A stretch of 62,585 nt of DNA, filler included, from Jimgerdemannia flammicorona (lineage: Eukaryota): NCBI GenBank assembly GCA_003990765.1. It is 2 parts of 2 records of this genome, joined end to end, with 100 filler letters (N's around TTAATTAATTAA, not from the genome) between each part and the next. Parts side by side here need not be neighbours in the genome. Positions count along the whole stretch, not along the records: positions 1 to 31,259 come from RBNJ01000406.1; 1 more part is not named here. The stretch is one strand, 5' to 3'. Positions 1-14,500 of the stretch are shown here, one piece after another; within the stretch, counting starts at the first letter, position 1, and the number at the start of each line of letters is the position of its first letter. The notes below the pieces were generated by a model that was not told the origin of the DNA, made no database searches, and saw only the letters and a list, made by a program, of their open reading frames with translations. Both the position numbers and the translations under genes were made by a program.

Positions 1-660
1 ATTACGCATCGGGGCTCTCTAAGGGATACAGCATCAGAAGCAAGAGATACAGGAGAACCCTATAAATCCTGCAACCAACGAGGTTCGAACCAGTTCTCAT
101 CTGATCAAGATGATACTTTGGCCCTCGCCTTATACAAGGACGGCCAATCCTTGTCAATGAGTTGGTATATTTAATTTGAAGTTTATTTTAGTCTTATTGT
201 TTATCATGTGTAACTTTGAGAATTCAATGAGGACATTGATTCTTAAGGAGGGGGAGATGTAACATTTTAGCATAGTTTATTTCTTTTCTTTGTCTTTCTC
301 CAATATTCTATGACCTTCTGGTACTTTCCAAATGCTTAGAAATCCTTTCTTGGCGCCAAGCATTAACTAGTACTTATTTAGTTAGTCACTGAATATCCTG
401 GAAACTTGTAGAACTTTATTTGTCATCATTTGTCATCTTTGCCGAGAACTTTCCTCTTGGCATTTTCCTTTGATTTCTCAGATCCTTCCGGATCCTTCTT
501 TCAGATCTTGTATAAATAACCCCTTTGTTCTCATGAATAAAGCCTCAGAATATTTTCTCCCAGAAATCCTTCGAGAACACGTGAATCCTTAGTATCTCTT
601 CGAGCTACTTAGGACTACCAGAATTAGTCGCTTCCTCATTTAGAAACTAGAACCATTACA
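1..660 (+). mobile_element. 3' end of an LTR retrotransposon: polypurine tract plus 3' LTR (258-660)
   Basis: AAGGAGGGGGAGA (245-257) lies directly before TGTAAC at 258; the LTR ends ATTACA at 660 (TGTAA...TTACA inverted termini). The rest of the element is outside the window. Confidence 0.75.
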
Positions 661-779
661 AAGGCTCATAACCTTTTGTTATAGAATACTTGAAAGAGTG
701 AAGAGGAAAATTGAAAGAAGAGAGTATTGTTTATTAATGCTAATTTATATACTTTTATATATATTGATGATATTTATAT

Positions 780-3700
780 AATAATATAGTCAGAGTCAGG
801 CTGTACTACTATATGTTAAGTTGCTATAACTAAGATATTTTAACAGAGTCAGAACAGCTCTAATAATAATATTTAAGATATCAGTAGTAACTACAAAAAG
901 TTCTGCTGAGTCAAGACTGATCAGGATTGATATATTAGTTAGCATTCTTTTGAGAATATTCATTACTGTAGTATATATATTCTTCTGTCTATTCTTTTTT
1001 AATATTAGTATCTTTTTTGATAAGACTTGTAAGTAAGGTAGTAATTATAGAGAATCCTTAAATAAATCTCCTATAATATCCTACTAGTCCATTGAATCCT
1101 CATAAAGACTTGAGGGTCTTTGGGATGGATTAATTACAGATTGCTTAGATCCTCTTAGAGTTGATGACAATACTATTTTCAGAAATAATATAGTTTAGGT
1201 ATTCAAATTCCTTCTTAAAGAAATAGTATTTCTTCATTTTTACTAAGAGCTTATGTTCCAGGAATATATCAAAGACTATTTATAGATATATATTATTAGT
1301 AAATAATGTTACTTATACTATATACTAAGATATTATCCAAGTAGACTAGAATAAACACTCTAAGGTATTTTTAAAAGATATTCTTCATTAGTATTTAGAA
1401 GGTTACTGGTATATTGGTAAGACTAAATAGTATTATACAGAATTTATAATATTCAAATCTTGTTCAAAAAGCTGTCTTGGAGATATCTTCTTCTTTGATA
1501 TATATTTGGTAATATTTAGATATAAGGTTACTGAGTGAGAAGGTCTTGGCCTTATAGTAGTTTATCAATTCTTAGAAGTATATATTGATTCTTAATTGAA
1601 ATCTTATTAAATGTTTAATAATCAATATATATACAGAGGCTTTTATTCTTCTTACAGATAAAGAGAATTAGTATACTATATAGTAATTTTGATAGATAGA
1701 TGAGACCTTTGCTTGTCAATTCTGCTAGTTGTTCCTTAAGAGTTTCCAGCTCAGATTGGGTTAATTAATAGATTCTGTAGTAGGGTGGATTTGAACTAGA
1801 AATAGTTTCAATACTATATTCTACTGCTCAAACTAGTAGTAGTTCTTGATGTTCTTGGAAAATATCTTCATATTCCTTAAGAAGTTCTTGGAGATTGCCT
1901 TTCTCATTATCTTTATTCTTTAGAAGTTTAGAGAGTTCTTCATTATCTTCTTCTAAGGTCTTCTTAACTATATATATATAGATATGCTGGTCTGGTTTCT
2001 AAATCAGTTTCTTCATCTAAATAATAGAGATAATATCATATCTGGACTTTAGTTTCTTCTTAGTATACTCAAATTTTAACTTGATATCTCTCAGAGAGAT
2101 TATATTGATATATCAATTAATATAGAAGTTCTTCTGTATGAGCCAGAATTTTCTGAGGATGAGATCATATTCAGAAAGATATATAATATAGAAGGTTTGC
2201 TTTGTGGTATAGTTTCTGAGTTATAGAAGTATATTCTTGCATATTTTGGAGAGATTCTATATATTTTATTTCTGAAAGTAGTAATGTTTCCTTCTGGATT
2301 CTTTGATATCTTAAGGTAGAATTTATTAATAGTTTCTTGATCAAGATAGCATTTGCTTGCTCTACTATCAATGAGAACTTTGACAGGGTTTCCTTTGATC
2401 TTTTCTTGAAGGTAGATGTATTTGGTATTAATTTCTTATTAGATGGCAATTATTTCTAGAGTAGTTTCTTCTTCTCAATCTTGTACTTCTCTATCTTCAT
2501 CATTGATATTCTTAATTTCTTCATCTCATTGTTCTGGGATTATTGACTTATACTTCTTAGATTCTAGGACACATGTGATATATTTTTCTATATATTTAAA
2601 ATAGTATATCTTGATTCTATATAGATATCATCCTGTAGGGACATATCTGTTAATAATATACTAGTATTATTTCTGATCTTAGTCTTAAGGTTCTTCAATA
2701 CAGACAATCTTCTATATCTTGGTTTTTTTTCTTAGCTTTGTCAGAGTACTTCTTTATTAATTTAAAGATTTTTTCTCCTCTATCAGAAGATGATAGTTCT
2801 TTTGTTTCTTCTACTTCAAGATCATTATATATTACTTCAATGATTGCTTAGATGATTCATTTTCCACATGTGATTTCAATGGTCTTTTGTCTAGTATTGT
2901 ATAGTAAGATCTTAATCTCACCTTTGAATTCTTGATCTATCACTCTTCCAGCTATATGGAGTTTCTCTTCTTTAGCCAAACTACTCTTTTATATAAGGTA
3001 GATGTAAGTTTCTTTAGAGACTTTTATCTCAATACCTATACTAATAGTTGCTTGCTTACTGACTTGATAGTCACTTCTATGCTGAAGTAGAGGTCATAGC
3101 CAGTATCCAATTCATATACCTTGTCTGAGATCTTTGCAGTGATATAAAATCTCTTGATCTTGATTTTCTCAAGAGTTTCTTTTAGATTATCTCCTATTAT
3201 TGCGACAGTGTGTAAGGAGGATAATTCTTTATTAGTATTGATCTTCTTATCAGAGTATTCACAAGATATGTATATAGTAAAAATATACTCTCTTCTTTAT
3301 AAGTTCTTCTATTTCCTTATTGGACAATTTCTTAAATCCTCTTTATAGTCTTAAGGACTCATTCTGGGGTTTGTACTTCTTCTCAAATTGGTATTATTTA
3401 TCTTCTTCATTGTTAATTCTATTATCTCTTAGTCTTTGGGCTATAAGGATGGTATATGCTCAGATGATAGCTTGAACTAAGTATTATTACTCATGTGAGC
3501 AATCATAGAGTTATCTTTGTTTATAATAGTTATTCAGGAATAGCATCAAAGAAATAAGCAGTTTAGGTCTTATTTATAGTCTGCTCTCACTGGCTGTATT
3601 CTGCTCTAATAGTATTTAGAAGAGTTTCTAATCTTATAGCAAATACTTTGAGGTCTTCTTTTCTATTATAGATTCTTGAGTTTGGTTCCAACTTCAGCAA

Positions 3701-5410
3701 TATGAGCAGAGCTTTGAAACTACTAGATAATTAGCTCCTTTAGGTCTATAGTAACTAAATGAACTTTATAGTCAAGGTGATTATTATATCTATTACTTAC
3801 AATAATTTTAGTATAGGTTTCTCAGATAAGAGGGTATACTGGTAGATTCACTACTGAGCTACTGTGCTCATGAAGTATGTAGTGACCTTCTCTATCTATG
3901 AGTCTGCAGTTGTATAAAGATCATCAATCTCATAGTATTCATTATTGTTAAGAATACTGTCTGGGCTTTAGTTGTTATTTTATTCATTAGCATGGTAATT
4001 GGTGTCAACTTGTTCTATAAATATTGTCACTTGGTCTGTTTTATTTTTAAATGAGATGAGGCAGAGTCCTTTTGTGAGTTTGTTCATTTAATACTAAGGT
4101 GAAGGGCTTGAGTGAGTATGGTTAGTTAATCAGCCAATACTGCTATCTTATCATCTGCTGATATTATTTTGCTGTCTCTGTTGTCTATTTGATAGGATGA
4201 TTGGAGTTTGTCTTCTTCTATTATTATAGTATATCAATTATGGTTTAGACTTAATTCTTCTATAATATTACTAAGGTGAGTGAGCCTGTAGACTTGTGGT
4301 TTTAATAGAGTAACTGTTTAATCTGCTGTAATCTTTGATAGGCTTGATATTCTTAATAGTAGTTCTATAATAGTACTGGGGCTATCAATGTCTAGTTCAG
4401 GTGTTTTTTTTTATTATTCTTTTGGGTCTGAATAATATAGCAGAGGCTTCACTAGATCTAGTGGTTTGTAGTTTCTATTATTAGATTATTCTTGCTAGTG
4501 TGTGAAGAATTTGATAATAGAAGTGGAATTTCTTTTGATAGAAGTAGTATATATTCTTTATAGTTCAGAAAGACCTTGGCTGCATAGTAGTAATAATTTG
4601 AAAGGTTGTTCAGAAAGTATTTGGTTGCAGTCTCAATAGATTCTTGGGTATATTTCTTATAGAAGTGGCTGCCAACTAGTTTGTTGAAATCTTTCTTAAG
4701 TTTGAAAGTATAGGGAACTTCTTTGTTAAGTATAAGGAAAATATTAAATACTTTTTAGATGGTTTTATTGTTGAGTTTGTCAAACTCCTCTTAGTTGATG
4801 TGAGTTTTGGTCTACTTAGTGATGATTCTATTGAATTCTTCTGCTTAAGTCTAAAGAGTATCCAGGGTGAAGGTTTGTCTTAACTATCATTGATAATGTT
4901 AGTGATATTGATCAGTTCTGATTATCTATAATATATTCTTAAAGAAAGATTACTTATAGATAGAGAATAACTATCTACTACTACTAAATTATAATAAAAC
5001 TATATACTAATAAAATTAATATATTATAGATAATAAATGGTAACTATTGGTCCTAAGTTCTAAGTTCTTAAGAAAGTACTGAGTTCTAATTATCTATTAG
5101 AGCAGAGTCTAGGTATTGATTTTGAGTTCTTATATATATAGAAATGGCTGTACTTATATTTTAAGTTAATTAGGCTCAGAATCATTAATAAGTCAGATCT
5201 GAGGATTTGTGATAAGAATATTTCTTTATTTTTATATATAGAAAAAGCAGAGCTGAGATTATAATATATTCTGTAAAGAGAGTATTTATATATATTTAAA
5301 GGTTATAATATATAGTATACTGGGTATGTCTATATATAGTTATACTACTTTGGATAACTATAACTGTAAGTTGGAAATTCTATAAGAATTTCCATCAGAA
5401 ATTCTAGAGG
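780..5410 (-). mobile_element. Decayed Ty3/Gypsy family A, copy 1 (partial LTR, gag, dUTPase, PR, RT, RNase H; 3'-truncated)
   Basis: 840-3590 is the reverse complement homolog of about 5410-8180. dUTPase remnant (GYDLY, IAGRVIDQEFKGEIKILLYN) at about 2780-3150. 5155-5410 matches the family A LTR pieces at 10270-10343 and 20160-20350. Confidence 0.85.
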
Positions 5411-8400
5411 CTTATAATGAAAACCTAAGCTGCTTATTTCTTTGATATCATCTCTGAATAGTTATTAGAAAAATATATAAATAAGAATAACTCTATAACT
5501 ACCTATATAAGTAATAGTGCCTAGAATAAGCTATTACTAGAGTATATATTATCCTTATAGCTCAAAGATCAAGAGATGACAGAAATAACAATAAAGGAGA
5601 TAAATGATACAAATTTGAGAAGTATAAATTCTAGAATAAGTCCTCAAAACTACAAAATGGATTTAAGAAACTATTTATAAGAAAGTGAAAGAACTTATAA
5701 AAAAAGAAGTATGTTTTTATTAAAAAAAAAGAGGATATATATCTTACAAATATCCTGATAAAAAGAATAATATAAATAAAGAACCATTCTCCTCTCATAC
5801 CATTACTATAATAGAAGATAATTCCAAAGAAATCTCTGAAAAAAATCAAGGTCAAGAGATTCTATATTACTGCAAAAATCTCAAACAAAGTATATGAATC
5901 TAATACTGACTATGATCTCTACTCTAGTATAAAGATAACCATCAAACTAGAGAAGTGGATAATTATTAGTACAGGTATTAGAATAGAAGTCCCCAAATAT
6001 ATCTATATCTATTTTGTAGAAAAGAGTAATCTGACCAAAGAAGAGAGACTTGGTATAGCTGAAGAAGTTATAGATCAAAGATTCAAAGGTGAGATTAAAG
6101 TTCTACTATATAATACTGAATAAAAGACTATCAAAATTACATATGGAAAACAAATCACCCAAGCTATATTAAGGCAATATATAATGATCTTGAAGTTGAG
6201 AAAATAAATGAACTATCATCTTCTGATAGAGGAGAAAAAGCTTTTGAATTAACAGAAAAACACCCTGATAAGGCTAAAAAGAAGACCAAGATAGTGAAGA
6301 TTATCTATATTAAAGAATCTCAAGACTAAGATCAGAAATAGTATCAGTATATTACTAATAGATATATCTCCACAGAACAATACTCTCATGAAATCATAAT
6401 ATACTATTTTGAATATATAGGAGAATGTATTATATATATTCTCAAATTTAAGAAGTATAAGTCAACTATCTCAGAACAATAGGATGAAGAAATCAAGAAC
6501 ATCAATAATAAAGATAAAAAACACAAGATTAGAAAGAAGAAACTACTCTAGAAACAATTACTACCTTGTAAAAAACTAATATAGAATATATCCACCTTTA
6601 AGGAAAATTAAAGAAAATCCTATTGAAGTTCTTATCAATACAGGAGTAAACAAATACTATCTTGATAAAGAAACTGCTAATAAATTTTACCTCAAGATAT
6701 AAAGAAATCTCAAAGGAAATATTACTATATTCAGAAATAGAATAATACAGAAACTCACCAAAATATATAAGAATATACTTCTATAACTTAGAAATTATAT
6801 CTCAAGGCAAACCTTCCACATCATATACTTTCCTAAATATAATCTCATTTTTCGAAAATCCTGGCTCACTCAGAAAAATCTCTATATCAATTGGCAAACC
6901 AATGCAATCTCTCTAAGAGATATTAAGTTACAATCTGAGCATACTAAGAAGAAATCAAAGTCTAGATATGATATTATATCCACTATCCAGATAAAGAAGC
7001 TGATTTGAAAACTAGACTAGTATATTTATATATATGTATATAGTTAAGGAGATCTCAGAAGAAGATGATAAAGAACTTTTCAAAATTCTGAAGAATAAAA
7101 ATAATGAGGAAGACAATATCTAAGAACTACTTAAGGAATACAAAAATATTTTCCAAGAACCCCAAGAACTACTACCAATCTGAGCAGTAGAATATAGTAT
7201 TGAGACTATTTCTAATTCAGACCCTCTCCACTATAGAATCTATTGACTAGCCTAATCTGAGCTAGAGATTCTCAAGGAATTAGCAGAATTAATAAGTAAA
7301 GATCTCATTTATCTATCAAAATTATCATATAGTACACTAATCCTTTTTGTTTACAAGAAAGATAAAAGTCTCTATATATGTATTGATTACTAAGCACTCA
7401 ACAAGATCTCAATTAAGATTCAATATATACTTATAAGAATTGATGAACTACTTGACTAAGTATATAAGGCCAATATCTTCTCACTCATTGATCTCATATC
7501 TAGATACTACTAAATTTATATCAAAGAAGAAGATATCTCCAAGATGGCCTTTTGAATATTTAGATACTATAAATTCTATATGATACTATTTGGCCTTACT
7601 AATATAACAGCAATGTTTTAAATACTGATAAATGATATTTTTTGAAAATATCTTAGAGTATTTATTCTGATCTATCAAGATGACATCTTGGTATATGGTA
7701 TAAATAGTATTATCTATCAATAACATCTATGTATGAATGATCTTTGACATACTCTGTAAATATAAGCTCTCAGTAAAAAGAAAGAAATACTACTTCATCA
7801 AGAAGAAAATTGAATACCTAGGATATATTATCTCAAAAAACAGTATTTTTATTAACTCTAAGAAGACCTAAGCAATCTGTAATTGATTTATTCTAAAGAT
7901 CCTCAAGTTTCTATAAGGATTTAATAGACTAGTAGGATATTATAAGAGATTTATTTAAGGATTCTCTACAATTGCTACCCTACTTATAAGTCTTATCAAG
8001 AAAGGAGCCAATATCAAAAAAGAATAGACAGAAGTCTACACTATAACTATAAATACTCTTAAGAGAATACTGACTGATGCACTGATCTTGATCAGTCCTA
8101 ACCTAATAAGACTCTTTGTAAATATGTACTACTGATACTTCAAATATTGTTATTAGAGCTGTCCTAACTCAATATAAATACCCTATCATCTATCTGTTCC
8201 ATAAAATCAATGAATATAAAAGAAACTATACTATATTAGATAAGAAACTCTTTGCTATCATCTGATCTCTGCAAGTATAGAGATACTTTCTTTTTGGCAA
8301 AATATTACCTTATAGACTAACTATTAAGCTCTCTAATATATTCTGATATAGTATTTTAACAAAATATATCAATATATTATCTGAGACTTCTACTAGTTGA

Positions 8401-10343
8401 AAATAATATCTGATATTAAGAATTATATTAAATCCTATAATATCTGCTAAAAATATAAGTCTAGCAACTAGGTACCAGCTGGCACTCTATAACTGCTACC
8501 AATTCTCATCTAAAATTAAGACTATATCAGAATGAACTTCATTATCTATTTCCTAAAAATCAAGAAGGGAAGAGATGTAATTATTGTCTTTATCAATCAT
8601 CTCAATATATAGACTCACTTTATTATAATAACTACTATTACAACAGTATCAGAAACAGTACAGCTGTTTATTAATAATATATTCTGCCTCTATAGACTAT
8701 CATTAGTAATTATCTCAGACTAAGATATAAAGTTTATAAGCAACTTTTGCCAAACACTCTTCAAGAGCCTAGAAGTATAACTAAAAATATCTAAAGTATA
8801 CTATCTGTGAATAGATGACCAAATAGAAAGAACTAATTAAATTTTGAAGCAGATACTTAGTATCTATTATAGCTATAAGCAGAATGATTAAAATAAAAAA
8901 CTAATTCTAGCCAAGTTTGTATACATATAACAAGAGCATAAGTATAAGTATCAAGATGATACCATTCTATCTAAACTATAAACAATATCTATAAACTTCT
9001 ATAGTTACTATCTAAATCTCAATACTGACTATATAAGAAATTATTTAATACTATATAAGATAATATCTAATAAGTACAAGATATTCTCATAGAAGTATAA
9101 AGAATATAAATAGTATATACTAATAAAAATAAAGAGAAGTTATCTATAAAAAAGGAGAATACATATTACTTAGTATCTAGTATCTGATCCTGAGTAATAC
9201 AGATCTCAAAAGAAGCTTAGACCTCACTATATTAGACCATTCAAGATTCTTGAAAAATATATATCTATTATATATAAGTTGGATCTCTCAGCAATACTAG
9301 AAAGAATCTATTCAGTATTTTATATATCTCAACTCTATTTATATATTCTAAATACTTTTGAAAGAAGAACTATACTATCTCTGAGTTTAGTAATTATTGA
9401 TCAGTAATCAAAATATAAAGTAGACCACATTTTGGATTACAAGAATTATCAATTTAGATAAGCTACTATGTATATCCAGAACTATCTCATGAAATAGAAA
9501 GGATATCTCAAATATAATACTATCTGGAAAAAAGAAGACAATCTTTTGTCAAATGTAAAAGAAATAGTAATTTAATACAGATATCTGATATAATGGAAAT
9601 TCTGACAGAATTTCTGAAAGACAATTATATCTCTAAATAACCCTGATGAAGAGAAGTATAAATATTCTGTAACAATTCTATATAGATTATCTACTCTTTC
9701 AATATGAGTACTCAGCAATAACATTAAGAACAAATTAAAAATAAGATTATTGCTACTGTTCTTGGAGCTATTGAATACTAATGGAATCTATAAAACTATC
9801 TTCTATCAATATATGAATCTCTGGAGACTCAGACTCAAATAAAGTCCAATAATATTTTAGAAGAATATAATATTTCCAGACTTTTTACTATTAATAAGAA
9901 CTAAAGAAGTACAATGAGATAGAATATCTCATCTATCAACAAGCTATCCTTAGTGCTACCAAACAATAAGTCTGTATTTTCATTGACAACTATATATATA
10001 TAGTTGTCAAAAGACTCTATGTTCTTTTCTATACCTGACCCCAAGTTCTCAATTATCTCTATGAAGTATTCCCTAAGAACATTATCAATTTGAGTAATAA
10101 ATAATAGAGTGAAATTATTTTTCAAGTAGTTTAGTATATTATTCTTCAGTTTGATAAATATTTAGAGTTTAGTACTAAGTCTAATGAGTAGACTCAAGCA
10201 AAGAAAAGAAGGATATAATGAATCATTATATATATATCTATAAGTCTCTGAAAATTCTAAAAGATATTCTTATAAAAATTACTATAGAAATTCCTATAGA
10301 ATTTCTAACTAGTAGTTATAATTACTCAAAGTAATATAACTAT
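5410..10343 (+). mobile_element. Decayed Ty3/Gypsy family A, copy 2 (chromovirus-like; 5'-truncated)
   Basis: Remnants in order: dUTPase about 5830-6260 (YDLY..STGIRIEVP..VIDQRFKGEIKVLLYN), PR about 6620 (VLINTG), RT about 7150-7850, RNase H about 8050-8350, integrase about 8430-9000, chromodomain about 9400-9590 (VDHILDY..K*KGY..NTIW..EDNL). PPT at 10201-10213; 3' LTR starts at 10214, is split by element B and resumes at 20160-20351. Many transition-derived stops. Confidence 0.85.
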
Positions 10344-11512
10344 TATGATAAACAACAGAATTATACTGTCAAAATCATAAATTAGCCATATATTATATCT
10401 AGTATACTAAGTAAATAAGACTGCTTTATTGTACCAATCTGTATAATTAGCCAGAGATATTAGAAATAGTATATTTATCTGTATCAGTCCAGTATACTGT
10501 ACTGAGCTGGTACACTATACTATTCTAGTACACTGTACTATCTAGATATACTTACCATAGATAGCAATCTATAATTAGCAATATAATAATCAGATAGCAA
10601 CTACAACTATATAAAATACCCTAGAGATAAGAGTGAATAAATCTTAGTCCAAAATTGAATCTAAAGCAACAGCTTCCCTTTTCACTCCAGTCTCCTTTCT
10701 GATATAAAGTCTTAGTTTGCTTATCAGATAAGCCTGAAGAATTTGAGTAAATCTGCTGCTTAAGAAAGAGCTACCATTTTCAAAAAGAAGTTCACCATCT
10801 TGCCTCAAAGTCAGTCTATTGATATAACTTCATAGTAAACTTATTCATACAAATGAAGCCAGTCTTGACATAACTTTACTAAGAAGAAAATCTGAGTTAT
10901 TTAAGAAGTCTGCTGATTCAGAAAGAATATATACCATCCACTATTTCCAGAGAGCCCACTATTCTTACTATAAGCTAGTCTATCTGATACAACTTTACAA
11001 TGGAGCTAGTCTATAATATAACTCCATGCAAATGAAGTCAGTCTTTAATATAACTTACTAAGAATCCACAACATCTAAGTTATCTGAATGATTAAATCAT
11101 CTCATCAGCTATTTCTAGAAAGCTGTCAATTTAGGAGAATCTATACCAAATCAAGTTATCTATAGAAATCATATACTTTTGAAGATCGTTATGCTATATA
11201 AGAGATTATTATATAGAAATTACATACTTTTGAAGATTACTGCCACTCAAGAAGAAAACCACTAAATTGTCAGACTGTTATGCATAAGAAAACTACTATA
11301 CTATACAGAAACTATCATGCAAAATCACTGCTATACTTAAGAACTATCTCAATAAGGAAATTGCTTGTAGATATCTAGCTTTGACTATTATATTACTAAA
11401 CAAGAAATCTTAGAACATTTTGTTGCTTTTTGATAAAGTAACTAGGGGCTCAAGCCAAACTACATCAATCTCCAACCTTATAATTTACCTCTATTGAGCC
11501 AGGTATATTATA
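10344..11512 (+). repeat. 5' LTR of element B
   Basis: Direct repeat of 19012-20159; the differences I inspected are mostly C/T and G/A transitions. Confidence 0.9.
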
Positions 11513-14500
11513 TTTGGGGGCTCAACTAGGAAGATGTTAAAATCAATATAACTTTTCTACTCATAAGAACCTATAGTCAAACTGGATACATTTGATATAA
11601 CTCCAATCTCTGCTACTATAGGAGAACTAGTCATTACTAGCATTTAGACAGAAAGAGAAGTAATCACTTCAAGACTTACCAACTACCCAGTATCAGAAGG
11701 ATCTCAACCAGAAGCCAGTATAATACAGAATCTCCAGCTAATACTAATAGAATTATTATAAGACCAATCAGACTAACTAGATTATATAGATAGCTCTGCC
11801 AGAGTTTTTGATGAGCTTGAACAACAACTTGAAGACCTTATTGAATAAGTCTAATTTTCTGCAGAAGTCTTACTAATTTCATCTATTGAACCTCTACCAC
11901 TAGCTATTATAGGACAAAAAGACTAAGAAGTAGCTTCTTCAAGAATACCCAGACCTATTCCACCTTGCTCAAGATCTCTAACACCATCCTCAGGATATCT
12001 AAGTGTCTCAAACTCCAGTAACAATTCAGGAAGTGAACCAGAATCTGAATCTGAACCAGAGTTGGAATCTGAACCAGAACTAGAATCAGAAGATAGTAAT
12101 GATGAAATGGCCACCCTATTGCTAATCTTTACAGAATACTCTAAAGAAGACCCAAGAGAATTTCTTAATAGAATTAAAGAAATTACAGCTCTGAAGAACC
12201 TTACCTTTAAAAGGAAAATTGCTATCTATAAGGCCCAACTCAGAGAACCAGCCAAAGGAATTTTTACCTGAGCAAGGAATGACCTAAACTCAGACCTTAG
12301 AGCAGCCATCAATATAGTACTAACTTGGCTAGTAGAATATGAAGCTATGATATATTGGCTTATTGAGAAGTATGCAGAAAATGAGACCTGTTTTAAGACT
12401 TAAGAATCCATCATAAGAATGAATATGAATATTAGAGAATTACAGAGGGTATTTTTTATAAAAATTCAGAAGAAAATATATATAGCTGGATTCAATGTCA
12501 CTAACTAAGACATTATAGATCCAATGACCTTTATGAATGGAATTCTGCCAAATATTGCTCAGCATGTCCACACTCTAGGTATCAGAAGGTCTGAAGAGCA
12601 AGTAGATATAGCTCAAGGATTTTTCAATGTCAGATAAGGAACTATCTAGAGTGATCATGATAAGAAGAATGACAAAAAAGACATCCTGGTCAAAGCCTGA
12701 CAAGGACTCCTTTAAGGACAGAAAAGATCTGAAGAAAGAAGATCAGCCAAAAAAGGAAAGAAGAATAGGAGCAAAATTTAAGCCCTTAGTTCTAAGTTAG
12801 ACTAATTGGTTGAACAGATTGAAAAACTCACTCTATATAAAAATCAGAGTTATCAATAAGATAATAGATGATATCTACTATAGAGGAACTAAGGTTATCT
12901 ACTCAGAGATAATAAGAGCTACCAATAAGAAGAAAGAAGATACTCTGTCTGAGATAGAGCCCAAGTCCAATGCTTTTACTATAGTTAATTTGGACACTAT
13001 GTCACTGAATATGACAATAAAAGAAGTAACGAAAGGGACTCAGAACTATCTAACTGAAGGAATGAAACCCAGTATAAGGAGACTGAAGCCTATTCTGTTG
13101 AAGACTTTGAAGAGAAAAGTAACAGTGAAGACTACAGTAACCTAGACTTATATCTGGTCAAAGTTATTACTAGAAAAATAGTTTATCTGGAAGAGAAAAG
13201 AAAGAGACCTGTAGGAAGACTATTCAGGAATATTAGCAGAAGAATTCAAGAAAAAGATAAAAAACATAAAGAGAAGCAAGTAGAAATATCTCTCTAATCT
13301 CTCTTATCTTTTATTCTCCAAACAAATGAACTACTCCCAGAAGATAAAAAAATGAAGCAAGAAGAACAGAAACCTGCTGCCCCAAAGTCTAAGAAAAAGT
13401 ATATCCTGAAGACAATGCCTAGAGATATCTATAATGAAATCTAGCAAAAGATTCAAAAAGCTAAGATAGAAGTTCCTCTTTTGCAGTTTCTGTAACTGAT
13501 ACTAGCTGAAGTCTGAAACAAATTGCTGAGGACCACTAGGTCTAGCACTGGCTGAGTTCCAATCCTCCAGCAAGAGTCAGCTCCTACCCCTATTTAAGCT
13601 GCAGAAAGACATATCAATACCTATCTATATAGAGTCATTGGAGGACAAAAGGCGAAATTCTCATAAATACAGGAGTAGCTATCTGTATTATTGCCAAACA
13701 ATTTCTAGATACCCTTCAATGGCCTATTAATGAACCATTCAATCTCAGCATCATTATAGCAGATAGAGTCCAAACACAACTTCTTAGAGAAGTACAAAAC
13801 ATTACCATCTCTCTGGGACACATTCAGTTCTCTATTCTGAAAGCTATTGTTACTAAAGCTGTTACTTATGATATAATTCTTAGTACTAACTGGATGAAGA
13901 AGATGAATGCAGTTGTTGATATCAGTCAACAAGTACTCAAGTTTGACTACTGAGAGAAGAAGTATAGAGTAAAGATGACTAGCTATGAGTAATCAAAGAA
14001 AAAGAAAAAGATCACTATCTAGGAAAAATATGCCAGCAGCAAAGAGTCTACTATAGAAGAGAAAGAAGAATTCAAAGATAGAAATGACCCCAGACTCAAT
14101 CCTCAAATCAACTTAGTAAATGATAGTCCAGAAGACAATATATAGACCAGAAATACTATCTCTATTATAATTGGAGCTATTGTAGGAAAAATCAAAGGAT
14201 GCTCCACCTGTCTCAAAAGATACAAGTGTTCCAAGCACTCCTCCAAGATTATTGGAATAAGAAATCCACCTGGCACAGCCTGTCCTGAGTGTAGAAAAAG
14301 AAAGAAGAAATACAGATATGTATATTTCAGAAATACTTATAGCCAAAGCTACAGAAGTATAAGTAATCTGGTGTCAAGAATCATCTGAGGAAAAAGAAAT
14401 CCCTGAACAAGAGATTCCTGAACAGAAAGTATTTAAAGAAGAAGAGATCCCTGAACTCATTCTCTGAGATAATTCTCACTGAACACTATCTGAAGATAAT

